NCBI GenBank assembly: GCA_965215505.1
Contig: OZ244065.1
Span: 5,088,001 to 5,152,000, forward strand
DNA: 64,000 nt
Reading direction: 5' to 3'
Source: Capsulimonadaceae bacterium
Lineage (GTDB): Bacteria > Armatimonadota > Armatimonadia > Armatimonadales > Capsulimonadaceae
Shown piece after piece: positions 26,319 through 36,414 of this stretch (position 1 is the first letter of the stretch; every line of letters begins with the position of its first letter). The position numbers and the translations under genes were made by a program. A model generated the notes under the pieces. The model was not told where the DNA came from, ran no database searches, and saw only the letters and a list, made by a program, of their open reading frames with translations.

Positions 26319-27395
26319 TCAGGCAGTCGGTGTCCGTTTCCCTGACACACGCCGCCGTGTCCGGAGGGCCAGGGCCGTCAGGCAGAGTGTGCCGAGTGCC
26401 AGGCCCGCCGCCGTCGGCGCTTCGGGGACAGGGTTCGGGGGGGTGCCGACGTTGAACTCGATCACGCCGCCCTGGGTGGCATCGTACTGGAAGGTCTCCA
26501 GGCCGCCGTAGAGCAGCGTGCCGGTGAAGGAGCCGCTGCCGGAGGTGATCGTCGAGCCGGGCGGGTAGCCGCCGAACTGGCCGAAGATGTCCAGGACGCC
26601 CCCCTGCGTGATCAGCGTGCCGCCGACCGCCCCGCCGGCGAGGTTAATGGTGCCGCTCAGGGCGTCCAGCCCGGCGAGGCTGCCGCCCGTGACATTGACC
26701 GTGCTGCCGTCGAGCGCGTTCACCCCGTCTGTCGCGACCGCGCCGCCGGAGATGTTGACCGTGCTGTTGCCGTTGGCGTCCACCCCGTCGAGGGTGCCGC
26801 CGGAGATGTTGACCGTGCTGCCGTCGTAGGCGTACAGCCCGTCGAGCGCGCCGCCCCCGCCGAGGAGGCCGCCGGTGATGGCGGCGGTGCTGCCGCCGTA
26901 GGCGAACAGCGCGCCGTTGAGGAAGCCGCCCGAGACGCCGCCGAGACTGCTGTCCTCATAGTTCATGTTGCCGTTGATTGTCCCGCCGGCAAGGGTGGTG
27001 CTGCTGCCGTTGTAGGCGTAAACGTCATAGTTCACGGTGCCGCCGCCGACCGTGGCGCTGCCCGCCCCGGTCGTCTCCAGGGCGTAGGAGTTCCCCTGGC
27101 CGTCCGTGAAAGCGCCGTTGACGGTGCCGCCGTTCCCCATCAGGAAAGAGCCGCCGTTGACCTGGACGGAGTTGTAAGGGTTCGCGCCGCCCCCCAGGGC
27201 CGCGCTGAAGCCCGTCCCGGCGTAACCTTTGCCCAGGACGGTGCCCGACCCGCTGACGGTCGCCGTTCCGGCGTTCATGACGGCGTCCTGGGCGCGGGCG
27301 CGCGGGGCGGTCATGCCGCAGGCCGCCGCCAGTCCGAGGGCGGCCACTGCCGCCCATGCGGGGCGCGGCGAGTAGTAGGAATGCAGGAGTTTCAT
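26319..27395 (-). CDS. Gly-rich beta-helix-like surface protein with PEP-CTERM-like C-terminus
   Basis: Signal peptide, repeated DGSTVNISGG, C-terminal VPEAPT + TM + RTRRR. Confidence 0.8.
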   Translation of the reverse strand: MKLLHSYYSPRPAWAAVAALGLAAACGMTAPRARAQDAVMNAGTATVSGSGTVLGKGYAGTGFSAALGGGANPYNSVQVNGGSFLMGNGGTVNGAFTDGQGNSYALETTGAGSATVGGGTVNYDVYAYNGSSTTLAGGTINGNMNYEDSSLGGVSGGFLNGALFAYGGSTAAITGGLLGGGGALDGLYAYDGSTVNISGGTLDGVDANGNSTVNISGGAVATDGVNALDGSTVNVTGGSLAGLDALSGTINLAGGAVGGTLITQGGVLDIFGQFGGYPPGSTITSGSGSFTGTLLYGGLETFQYDATQGGVIEFNVGTPPNPVPEAPTAAGLALGTLCLTALALRTRRRVSGKRTPTA

Positions 27396-27474
27396 GTGGT
27401 CCGATCCTTCCTAAAGAATGCCCGCCTCTCCTCCTCGCCTGGGCGGGGTGAGGAGAGGCGCGTCTGCCTTGCGT

Positions 27475-28803
27475 CTACTTCACGACGAGGCTGACGCTGT
27501 TGGAAGCGCCGCTTGGGGACGGGTCAATGACCGTGACGGCGTAGGAGCCGGGCTGGGCGATCAGGGAAGACGGGATGTTGACCGTGATCTGCCGCGACGT
27601 GTAGCTCGCCAGCGGCAGTTGGAAGCCGTTGAAGAGGACGACCGCGCCGCTGGCGAAGTTGATGCCGTTGATGACCAGCGGGAGGTCCGCGCCGCCCGCC
27701 GAGATGAAGGCCGGGCTGAGGACGGGAACGGCCGGGTCCGCCGAGATCAGGACCGGCAGCGAGCCGAACGGCGGGACGCTGGAGAAGCCCTGCGTGCCGA
27801 CGCTGTTGGTGGTCTGGTTGCCCGCCGGGTCCGTGGCGACGATATACAGCGACTCGCCATTGGCACCGCTGCTGCCGTTGAGGTCCACAGGGATCGTGGC
27901 GGTGTAGGTGACGCCGTCCGCGCCGACGGACATGGGGGCGGTGCGGTAGGGGAAGTTGTAGTTGGGCCGGCCCTCTTGCAGGACCACGCTGCTCAGGCCC
28001 AGCGCCGGGTCAGACACCCGTGCCGTCACAGTCACGTTCGCCCCCTGTACCGGAATCGGGTTCGGGCTGTAGTTCACGGCAGTGATGGAGGGGGCAGTAT
28101 TAGAATACCCTTGGGAGGCGACGGTGTAGGAGGATTGGTTGCCCGCCGGGTCCGTGGCGAGGATGTTCAGGGTCTCGCCGTTGCTGCCGTTGCTGGTGTT
28201 GAAGTCCACGGGGATCGTAGCGGTGTAGGTGACGCCGTCCGCGCCGACGGACATGGGGGCGGTGCGGTAGGGGAAGTTGTAGTTGGGCCGGCCCTCTTGC
28301 AGGACCACGCTGCTCAGGCCCAGCGCCGGATCGGTGACTTTTGCTTTCACCGTTACGCGGGTGCCTGCGGCGGGGATCGGGAGAGGGCTGGCGGTCACGG
28401 CAGTGATGGAGGGAGGGGTGTTGGAATAGGTTTGAGTCGCGACGGAAGCGGTCTTGCTGCCCGCCGGGTCGGCGGCGGTGATGGAAAGTGTTTCGCCGTT
28501 GCTGCCGTTGCTGGTGTTGAAGTCCACGGGGATCGTGGCGGTGTAGGTGACGCCGTCCGCGCCGACGGACATGGGGGCGGTGCGGTAGGGGAAGTTGTAG
28601 TTGGGCCGGCCCTCTTGCAGGACCACGCTGCTCAGGCCCACCGAGTCGGTGACCGTGGCCGTGACGGTCACTTGCCCACCCGCCGCAGGAACCGGGTTCG
28701 GGTTGACGGTGATGCCGGAGATGGACGGTGCCGCCGCGCCCGGCCGGGACAGGCCGAGGCAGAGGGTGAGCGAGACGAGGCTGAGGAGAAGCATTCGTGA
28801 CAT
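27475..28803 (-). CDS. Secreted protein with three tandem Ig-like repeats and a C-terminal IPT/TIG-like domain
   Basis: Signal peptide; GLSSVVLQEGRPNYNFPYRTAPMSVGADGVTYTATIPVD occurs three times. Confidence 0.8.
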   Translation of the reverse strand: MSRMLLLSLVSLTLCLGLSRPGAAAPSISGITVNPNPVPAAGGQVTVTATVTDSVGLSSVVLQEGRPNYNFPYRTAPMSVGADGVTYTATIPVDFNTSNGSNGETLSITAADPAGSKTASVATQTYSNTPPSITAVTASPLPIPAAGTRVTVKAKVTDPALGLSSVVLQEGRPNYNFPYRTAPMSVGADGVTYTATIPVDFNTSNGSNGETLNILATDPAGNQSSYTVASQGYSNTAPSITAVNYSPNPIPVQGANVTVTARVSDPALGLSSVVLQEGRPNYNFPYRTAPMSVGADGVTYTATIPVDLNGSSGANGESLYIVATDPAGNQTTNSVGTQGFSSVPPFGSLPVLISADPAVPVLSPAFISAGGADLPLVINGINFASGAVVLFNGFQLPLASYTSRQITVNIPSSLIAQPGSYAVTVIDPSPSGASNSVSLVVK

Positions 28804-28957
28804 GGTGTTCCCTTTCGGTGAGACGAACAGCGGGATGTGATCGGACAGTCTTGGCGGCGCACCGGACGGGCGCGCTGCGGGGATGTGGGATGCCTGGAAA
28901 ATGTGCGGAATGACGATGCCTTTCTTTTCAGCGCCAGGGAGAGGGTGAGATACCAGT

Positions 28958-29617
28958 CTACCTGCCGGGTCCGATGAGGCCGCTCTGCTGGGCGACGAGC
29001 GCGGCCTGGGTCCGGCTGTTGACTTCCAATTTTTTCAGGATGCTGGTGACCTGCTTTTTGATGGTGGTCAGCTCCACGCCCAGGAGGACACTGATCTGAG
29101 AGTTGGTCTTAGCGGCTCCGATCAGCTTGATGACTTCGACTTCCTGCCGGGTGAGCAGGCTGTAGAGATGCCGCAGGGCCTCCGGCTGGGTTGCGAGGCG
29201 TCCGAACTCAGCCAGGACGCGGGCGGCCAGCGCGGGCGGGATGGCCCCCGCCCTCTGCGCGACGGCACGGACGGCGGGGGCGATGGCATCCAGCGGGGCG
29301 TCTTTGAGCAGGTAGCCTTTGGCGCCGGCCTGCAAAGCCCCGAAAAGGGCGTCGTCATCGTCCTGCACGGTCAGGGTCAGGATCTCGACGGTAGGCAGTT
29401 CCTGCTTGATGCGACGGATCGCTTCCAGGCCGCCCATGACCGGCATCGCCAGGTCCATCAGCACGATGTCGGGCAGGGTTTCACGGGCCAGTGTCAAAGC
29501 TTCCAGGCCATTGGCGGCCAGCCCCAGGATGTCCAGATCCGGCTCGGCCCGCAGCGCATCGGCCAGTGCCCGCGCGTAAGAAGCGTCATCATCGGCCACG
29601 ATCAATCGCCAGGTCAT
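28958..29617 (-). CDS. NarL/LuxR family response regulator
   Basis: LIVADDD, DIVLMDLAMP, GYLLK and a LuxR HTH. Confidence 0.95.
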   Translation of the reverse strand: MTWRLIVADDDASYARALADALRAEPDLDILGLAANGLEALTLARETLPDIVLMDLAMPVMGGLEAIRRIKQELPTVEILTLTVQDDDDALFGALQAGAKGYLLKDAPLDAIAPAVRAVAQRAGAIPPALAARVLAEFGRLATQPEALRHLYSLLTRQEVEVIKLIGAAKTNSQISVLLGVELTTIKKQVTSILKKLEVNSRTQAALVAQQSGLIGPGR

Positions 29618-29702
29618 CCATTGCCGTCCTTCCTTTTTGTGTGACAGAGGCAGTATACAAGAAGTGAGCAGGCTTGCAAAGTCCCAACTTCTTGGGACCC
29701 TC

Positions 29703-31253
29703 TCAAGCCTCGAAGTTGTCGGGCATCCAGGGAAGTGTCAGGGTGAAGGCGCTGCCCTCGTCCGGCATACTTCTGACCGTAATTCGGCCTCCTTGAGCTT
29801 CCAGGAGACGCTTGACCAGATTGAGGCCCAGGCCAGTGCCGGTGACAGCGGATGCGGCTGCGGTGCGGCCCCGGTGGAACGGCTCGTCGAAGATGCGCGC
29901 CTGGTCCTCTGGTGCGATGCCGAGGCCGGGGTCGGAGACGGTGATTGCTAGTTCGCCGTTTTGTTCTTGGAGATGGAGGTGGATGTCGCCGCCGCGCGGG
30001 GTGTATTTCACGGCGTTGTCGAGCAGGTTGTCCAGCAGGCGCGTGAGCGTGGCGGCGTGGGCGGGCGCGCGGGCATGGGCGAGAGACGCAGTGAGATGAA
30101 AACGGTGACGCGGGAGCGCGTCGTCGGACCCGCCGCGCAGGAGATGCGCTTCACGCTCCTGCGCCAGCAGGAGCGATTTTTTTGCACACAGCGACTGGAT
30201 GAGGGCCTCGACATCGGTTGGCTCGGGTAGTTCCAAGCGCGGTGTCTGCCCAGCCTCCATGCGGGCGTTGTTGAGCATGATCTGAATCAAGGATTCCAGC
30301 GCCTGGGTTTCCGTCAGGGCATCGGTCAGGCGCTCCGCCAGATGCCGGGGCGACCGGCCCTGTTCCAGCCCCAGCAGAGCCACCTTCAGAGGCGTGCTGA
30401 TACCGATTAACTTGTTGCCGATCTCGTGTTGGATGTCGCGCGCTGTTTGCAGGCGGAACTGCATGAGCGCGTCCAGGAGACGGTTGTCAGCCGCTAGTTG
30501 CTGTTCCCGTTTCTCGGTCAGGAGGAACTCTTGGCCCAAGACCCATGCGGTGGTCAGGCAAAAGAGGGAGATCGCAATCGCGCGCGGATTGATCGTCACG
30601 GCCTCCTCGAACGAGGGGGGCAGGACCAACTCCAATACCTCGACGGCGGAGGCCAGTATGATAAGCAGAACGCCGGTGACGATCCAGGCGGCGTATCGGA
30701 ACAAAGGCCGAAAGGCTGCCTCGCTGACTTCCTGCTTCTCAACTTCCTGTGTCCGGTATCGCTTCAGTCTGTTCAGGCCGAGAGAACTGGCAAGAATCAG
30801 ACCCGCTAAGGGCAAGCCAACATAGGGATAAAACAGGGGGCCGGGCGCGCTGGTGTCAATGTCGCCCGGCAGCGTATGCGGCGGCGGCAGATGAAGCACC
30901 AGGGGATGCCAAGTCCCAGCCGCCATCAGCGCCGTGAACGGGTACAGAAGGCCAAGCCAGACCCGGCGCGCGAGCGGCCTGCCGACAATGATGGAAAGGA
31001 AGTGAACCATCAAAGCCGAGCTGAACAAGGCGAAGAATAACTGTAGGCGATACCAGAAGAGGCCACGCGGAAGTGAGTCTGCCTCCTGGAGCAGAAGCTC
31101 GCAGCCGATCATGCCGCCCAGAAAGAAGGCGAGGAGGCTGAAGGCGAGGTTCTCCAGGCGACGGCTAACTTTGAGGTAGAGGACGCAAAAGATGACAGCC
31201 AGTTCCAAGCATTGGGCGGCGGCCAGGAACGGCAGCAGGATGGCGACGCGCAT
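29703..31253 (-). CDS. Multi-TM sensor histidine kinase
   Basis: About 7 TM helices, DIQHEIGNKL, NLLDNAVKYT, DPGLGI, GTGLGL. Confidence 0.92.
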   Translation of the reverse strand: MRVAILLPFLAAAQCLELAVIFCVLYLKVSRRLENLAFSLLAFFLGGMIGCELLLQEADSLPRGLFWYRLQLFFALFSSALMVHFLSIIVGRPLARRVWLGLLYPFTALMAAGTWHPLVLHLPPPHTLPGDIDTSAPGPLFYPYVGLPLAGLILASSLGLNRLKRYRTQEVEKQEVSEAAFRPLFRYAAWIVTGVLLIILASAVEVLELVLPPSFEEAVTINPRAIAISLFCLTTAWVLGQEFLLTEKREQQLAADNRLLDALMQFRLQTARDIQHEIGNKLIGISTPLKVALLGLEQGRSPRHLAERLTDALTETQALESLIQIMLNNARMEAGQTPRLELPEPTDVEALIQSLCAKKSLLLAQEREAHLLRGGSDDALPRHRFHLTASLAHARAPAHAATLTRLLDNLLDNAVKYTPRGGDIHLHLQEQNGELAITVSDPGLGIAPEDQARIFDEPFHRGRTAAASAVTGTGLGLNLVKRLLEAQGGRITVRSMPDEGSAFTLTLPWMPDNFEA

Positions 31254-31454
31254 GATCCCCCCACGAAAGGCCGCAGACATCCAACCTCTGTGCCAGCGTT
31301 CGCCGAATCGTGCCCTGTTTCCTGCCGCCAGTCCCGTCACCCGCCCGTTTCCGCCTTACTTCCCCGTCAGCAGGAGCGACGGCTTGGTGCCGTCGGCCTC
31401 CTAGTGGACATGGCCGTCAGCCAGGGGGGAGTCGGTGCCGCCGATGTGGCGGCT

Positions 31455-31837
31455 CGGTGATTCCCTGAATGGCCTCGCCGAGGCCGCCCCGCACTGGAAA
31501 GACTATCCGGACGCGCACGCTATACGAGGAGAGCCTGGCCCTGAGACGCCGGATCGGCGACACGCAGAGCATCGTCCACTCGCTCAAAAACCTGGCCTCG
31601 GCATCCGCATCGTCGGAACGGGCGGGAGCGGCGGCCTGCCCCCTCGGCACCGCCGAGGCGCTGCGGGTCGCCATCAGCAGTCCGCGCTCCCCAGCCATGC
31701 AGGAAGAGTACCAGGAGAGGGTGACGGCCCTGCGGGCCTCACTCGGCGACGCGGCATTCACCGCCGCCTGGGAGAAGGGGCAAAAAATGACCTGGGAAGA
31801 GGCCGTGGCGTTCGCGCTGGAAAACTTCGAGGCTTGA
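31455..31837 (+). pseudogene. Frameshifted C-terminal remnant of a TPR-containing ATPase/regulator
   Basis: SLNGLAEAA..DYPDA in one frame continues as TLYEESLALRRRIGD...LRASLGDAAFTAAWEKG...EAVAFAL in another. Confidence 0.7.
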
Positions 31838-31859
31838 TCCGACGGAAAAAAGAGGTGGA

Positions 31860-31892
31860 AAAAAGCCCCCGGTCTGACAGACCGGGGGCTTG
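31860..31892. terminator. Bidirectional intrinsic terminator
   Basis: aaaaaagcccccggtct-gac-agaccgggggctt. Confidence 0.75.
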
Positions 31893-31918
31893 TGATCGCG
31901 CGGGCCGAAGCCGCCGGT

Positions 31919-34069
31919 CTACGGCCCCGCCGAGACGGCGGTAACGCTCCACAACTGGCTGGGCGTCTGATCCGTGTACGGCCCGTAGCCCACGACGGTG
32001 AAGTTGAAGGCGTTGTCCACCCCCCACAGCATCGCCCGGTCGTCCGTGTTGTTCCACAGGATGTGGCTCAGGCCGTCGGGACCCGACGCCGCCCCGATGG
32101 CGCTCCACAGGTTATTCGCGCCGTTGTCGGTGTACGGGCCGTAGCCCGCCAGCGTGAAGTTGAACGCCGAGTCCACGTTCCAGAACATCGCCCGGTGGTC
32201 CGTGTTGCTCCACAGCAGGTGGGTCAGGTTGTCCGCGCCCACCGAGACGCCCGTGACGCTCCACTTGTTCGTGGCCGCGCCGTCAGTATACGGCCCGTAC
32301 CCAGCCAGGGTGAAGTTATAGCTGCTGTCCACATCCCAGAGCATGACGCGGTTGTCCGTGTTGTTCCAGGCGATGCGACTGATATTGTCCGGGCCGGTGG
32401 CGAGGGCGGTGGCGCTCCATAGGTTGTTTGCGCCGTTGTCGGTGTACGGCCCGTAGCCCGCCAGTGTGAAGCTGAAGTCCTGGGCGACGTTCCACAGCAT
32501 GACGCGGTGGTCGGTGTTGTTCCACAGCAGATGTACGACGTTGTCCGGCCCGACCGAAACCGCCGTCGCGCTCCACAGGTTATTCGCGCCGTTGTCGGTG
32601 TACGGCCCGTAGCCGGCGTAAGTGAAACTGCCGCCGTCGTCCACGGTCCACAGCATGACGCGCCCGTCCGTGTTGTTCCAGAGCAGGTGGCTCTTGCCGT
32701 CCGGCCCCGTCGCGACGGCGGTGGCGTGCCAGACGTTCTGCGGTGCCCCGTCGGTGTACGGCCCGAAGCCGTTGAGCGTGAAGGAGCCGTCCTGGGCGAC
32801 GCTCCACAGCATGACGCGGCCGTCGCTGTTGTTCCACAGCAGGTGCGTGTGGGCGGTCTTGAACTCGAACGCGCCGATCGTGTGGTTCGCGGCGGTACGG
32901 GCGAAGCCGCGCTGGTCGGTCGTGGTGGCGTTGGCGTAGTCGCCGCCGATGGCCGGGCTGCCGGCCAGCACGGCGATCGTCTGGGTCGGCCCGCCGTTGC
33001 TCGCCAGTCCACCGGGGGCGAGCATCGGATTGACGTAGACCTGGTCGTGCGGCCCGGTGAAGCCGTGGGAGGCGCCACTCGGGTCGCCGACGATGTTGGA
33101 GCCGCCCGAGGTCACGGTGCCGAAGACGTCAGCCCCCGTGCCCGCGCTGTTGCCGTTGAGGATGCTGCTCTGGACAGTGGCGGTGCCGGTGTTGTAAAGA
33201 CCGCCGCCCTGGCTGGATGCGCTCTGGCTGCTGGTCGCGGTGTTGCCGACGATGGTGCAGCTTGTCAGGGTGAGCTGACTTCCGCTGTTATAGATGCCGC
33301 CGCCCGCCCCGCCGACGCCCGTGCTGTTGCCGACAAGGGTGCAGTTCGTGAGCGACACCGTGCTGCCGATGCCGGACATGCTGCTGGCGCTGATGATCGC
33401 CCCGCCGTCACCGGCCGTGTTGCCGGTGAGCGTGCTGCCGGTGATTGACACCGTGCTGCTGGTGCTGCTGATCGCCCCGCCGCCGCCGGCCGTGTTGCCG
33501 GAGAACGTACAGCCGGTGATCAACACCGTGCTGCCGGTGCTGCTGATCGCCCCACCGCCGCCGGCGGCCATGTCGCCGCTGAAGACGCATCCGGTCAGCG
33601 TCAGGGCGGAGTCGAAGGCGTAGATGCCGCCGCCGTTGCCGTTGCTGTTTATGCTGGCCCCGTTCCCGCCCGCGAGCGTCAGCCCCGACATGGTGACGGC
33701 GATGGTCGCCGCGCTGGTGCCGGTGACGCCGAAGATGCCGTCGGTGCCGTCGCTGATGGTCAGGCCGGCCGCGCCCGGCCCCTGGATCGTCAGGTTCTTG
33801 CTCACGGCGAGACGGCCGCTCGTCAGGGCGATGACGGTGCCGCCGTTCGCCGGGAAGGCGCCAGAGTCGAAGGTGATCGTGTCCCCACTGCCTGCGGCGA
33901 GGATCGCCGCCCGCAGCGAGCCTGTCCCGCCATCATTGGCGTTGGTGACGGTGAGCGTCGCAGCGGAGGCCGACGGGGCGAGGCCGAGCAGGCCCGGCAG
34001 AGCCAGGAGCAGGGCCGCCAGCCGGCGGCTGCGCCGGGCGGGTCGGACAGGGGAGGGTGAGTTGAACAT
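31919..34069 (-). CDS. Secreted protein: polymorphic-membrane-like beta-helix, choice-of-anchor-Q-like linker and seven ~44-aa propeller-like repeats
   Basis: DGGTGSLRAAI, GGAI repeats, NGGPTQTIA..GSPAI..DQRG, HLLWNNTDxRVMLW..YGPY repeats. Confidence 0.82.
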   Translation of the reverse strand: MFNSPSPVRPARRSRRLAALLLALPGLLGLAPSASAATLTVTNANDGGTGSLRAAILAAGSGDTITFDSGAFPANGGTVIALTSGRLAVSKNLTIQGPGAAGLTISDGTDGIFGVTGTSAATIAVTMSGLTLAGGNGASINSNGNGGGIYAFDSALTLTGCVFSGDMAAGGGGAISSTGSTVLITGCTFSGNTAGGGGAISSTSSTVSITGSTLTGNTAGDGGAIISASSMSGIGSTVSLTNCTLVGNSTGVGGAGGGIYNSGSQLTLTSCTIVGNTATSSQSASSQGGGLYNTGTATVQSSILNGNSAGTGADVFGTVTSGGSNIVGDPSGASHGFTGPHDQVYVNPMLAPGGLASNGGPTQTIAVLAGSPAIGGDYANATTTDQRGFARTAANHTIGAFEFKTAHTHLLWNNSDGRVMLWSVAQDGSFTLNGFGPYTDGAPQNVWHATAVATGPDGKSHLLWNNTDGRVMLWTVDDGGSFTYAGYGPYTDNGANNLWSATAVSVGPDNVVHLLWNNTDHRVMLWNVAQDFSFTLAGYGPYTDNGANNLWSATALATGPDNISRIAWNNTDNRVMLWDVDSSYNFTLAGYGPYTDGAATNKWSVTGVSVGADNLTHLLWSNTDHRAMFWNVDSAFNFTLAGYGPYTDNGANNLWSAIGAASGPDGLSHILWNNTDDRAMLWGVDNAFNFTVVGYGPYTDQTPSQLWSVTAVSAGP

Positions 34070-34293
34070 ACGGCTTTCTTTCTTGACCGGCTTCCCCGAG
34101 ATGTCCGGCGGACACCGGGTTTAGAGGGACTTGGCGGCACCGCCGCCGGGAACGTGTCGGGAGGATTTATTCCCCATGATAACACAATCCGCGCCGCCGC
34201 GTCAACACGGCAGATTCGCCGGGGACGGGGCAGTCTGAACGCCTGCGCGGTTGACACCCTCCCCGGTTAGTGCTACAATGACGGCACCCCGCG

Positions 34294-35919
34294 ATGTCAT
34301 TCACACACACCGAGACGATAAAAAGCCCTTCCCCTCGCCCCGCCCGCCGGGACGGTTTGCCCGCCTGGGTCGCCGTCCTGCTCGTCCTCTTCCTCGTGCT
34401 GCGCGTCGCCGACCTCCTGCCCGCCCGGCACGGGGCGCGGCTGTCGCAGCAGCTCGGCGGGCAGGTGGACGAGAAAACGATGGGCGCCATGCTGTCCACG
34501 GACGTGGCCGCCAAACAGGCGTATGTCACCTCGTTCGGCAGGCCGGGGGCTGCCGCGCCCGACTCCAAGACCCTGCGGGACGCGCTGGCGTCGGCGGAGA
34601 CGCTGGAAACCGGCGGCCAGAACTCGCCCGGAACGGCCCGGCGCGTCATCATCCTGCGCGCGCTGCTGGGCCGGCCCGTCTTCGGACCTGGCGCGAACGG
34701 GCTGGACCCGAAGGACGCCTTCGCCGCCCCCGCCCTGGCCGGGCTGTCTGCCGCCGAACGGCGGCGCTACGCCGACGAGGGCCGGCTGTGGGCGGACGTG
34801 GCGCGCGGCCCGCACCTCTCCCCGGCCCAGGCCGACGCCCAGGCGGCTCGGCTCCGCGCCCTCCCCAACATCCGCTGGTGGCGCGCGCCCGGCGAGGCCG
34901 TCCTGTACCGCTCCCAGGGGAACCCGGCCTGGGCGACCCACTACGACGCGCAGGCCAGGACGACGGCGCTGACGACCCTGGCTCCCCTGCTGGGGGCGGG
35001 ATTCTTCGAGGGACTCTTGGGCGTGGCCGGGCTGGGCCTGCTGCTGTACCTCGCGGTCCAGAGGCTCCAGCCGAAGGCGGAGGGGCCTTTCCCCTCCCCG
35101 AACGCGCTGCCCGACCCGTGGCCGACGATGCCCGAGCTGACGCCGCTGGCCGAGCGCCGCCTGCGGACGGGCGACCTGATGGGCGTGTTCGTTCTGTACC
35201 TGCTGATGCCGGACCTGATCGGCTGGCTTCTAGGGGGTTTTCATGTCCCTCACCTGCTCTTCTTCGGCGGCCTCCTCGCCCCGCTCCGGCCCCGCCTCCT
35301 CGCCCTGCCTGCGGGCAGTCACGCCGCCGTCGTGGTCGTGCTGGAGTTCTTCGCGTACCTGATTGGGGCGGCCGTGCCCATCGCCGTCCTGATCGGCATC
35401 GCCCGGCGCAAGCGTGCCTCCATCGGCGAGGAACTGGGCTGGAATACGCACCGCCTGGGGAGGAATCTGCTGTACGGGGTGGGGGGCTATGCCGTCGCGC
35501 TGCCGCTGCTGCTGCTGGCCCAGACCGTCGGGGGCTTCGCCGGGTCGCGCCTGCACCTCCCGGCCCCGTCCAACCCCGCCCTGCCGCTGCTGGCGAGCGC
35601 GAGTTCGTTCTGGGTGCAGGCGATGCTCGTGGGGCTGGCGACCGTGGCCGCGCCGCTGACCGAGGAGTTCCTGTTTCGGGGCGTCTTCTACAACGCCGCC
35701 AAGCTGCGGCTCGGCGTCTGGCCCGCCATCGTCCTGACCGGCCTGATCTTCGGCTTCGTCCACCCGGTCGGCATCGCCGCCATGCTCCCGCTCGCCGCGC
35801 TGGGCGGCGTCTTCGCCTGGATGGCCGAGACCCGCAAATCGCTGGCCCCCTCCATCCTGGCCCACTGCTTCCAGAACACCTTCGCCACCCTCATGCTGCT
35901 CATGGCCCTGGCCGGGTGA
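34294..35919 (+). CDS. CPBP (Abi/CAAX) family intramembrane metalloprotease with extended N-terminus
   Basis: APLTEEFLFRG, FGFVH, ILAHCFQN; upstream TTGACA-17-TACAAT at 34251-34279. Confidence 0.9.
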   Translation: MSFTHTETIKSPSPRPARRDGLPAWVAVLLVLFLVLRVADLLPARHGARLSQQLGGQVDEKTMGAMLSTDVAAKQAYVTSFGRPGAAAPDSKTLRDALASAETLETGGQNSPGTARRVIILRALLGRPVFGPGANGLDPKDAFAAPALAGLSAAERRRYADEGRLWADVARGPHLSPAQADAQAARLRALPNIRWWRAPGEAVLYRSQGNPAWATHYDAQARTTALTTLAPLLGAGFFEGLLGVAGLGLLLYLAVQRLQPKAEGPFPSPNALPDPWPTMPELTPLAERRLRTGDLMGVFVLYLLMPDLIGWLLGGFHVPHLLFFGGLLAPLRPRLLALPAGSHAAVVVVLEFFAYLIGAAVPIAVLIGIARRKRASIGEELGWNTHRLGRNLLYGVGGYAVALPLLLLAQTVGGFAGSRLHLPAPSNPALPLLASASSFWVQAMLVGLATVAAPLTEEFLFRGVFYNAAKLRLGVWPAIVLTGLIFGFVHPVGIAAMLPLAALGGVFAWMAETRKSLAPSILAHCFQNTFATLMLLMALAG

Positions 35920-36070
35920 AAAATGCCCCTGTTAAAGATGCCCCTGTTAAAGATGCCCCCGTTACGGTCAGCCACAGCCACAAGAGCCGCGAAGAGTGTG
36001 GCCGGCCAGAGTGTAGCCGGCCAGAGTGTAGCCGGCCAGAGTGTAGCCGGCCAGAGTGTGGCCCGGCCCT
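35918..36070 (+). repeat. Two adjacent 15-nt tandem repeats
   Basis: aaagatgcccctgtt x3 and agagtgtagccggcc x~5. Confidence 0.9.
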
Positions 36071-36399
36071 GAAGGGCGGGTCTGTTCCCGGCTTCGCCGG
36101 TGGGCCGCCCCTGCGGGGCTTATGACGATGCCACCCGCGCGATGCCACCCACTCATCGTAGGGGCGCTGCTTGCCGCGCCCTCTTTGCCGTGCCGCGCCC
36201 CCAGAGAAGGGCGGGGCAAGAGAGGAGGGTGGGATAAGAGGGCGCGGCAAGCAGCGCCCCTACATAGGCCCGGATAATGCCATCCCGTGTAGGGGTCGGG
36301 TCCCCCGACCCTCCTTCCCGATCGGCCTTGCCCCTCCGAAGCCCCGAAGCGGGCGGCCCACCGGCGAAGCCGGGAACAGACCGGCCCTTCAGGGCCGGG
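36062..36399. repeat. Nested REP cluster: ~60-nt outer inverted repeat enclosing GTAG-type REPs
   Basis: Outer IR 36062-36121 / 36339-36399; inner IR 36158-36185 / 36236-36263; extra GTAG hairpin 36289-36312. Confidence 0.8.
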
Positions 36400-36414
36400 A
36401 CTGACTGGATCAGA

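Noticed and set aside
27899..28640. Diversity-generating retroelement template/variable repeats
   Set aside because: The cores are identical rather than adenine-mutated, all lie within one gene, and no reverse transcriptase is present
35918..36070. CRISPR array
   Set aside because: The units are contiguous 15-mers with no unique spacers, and there are no cas genes in the window
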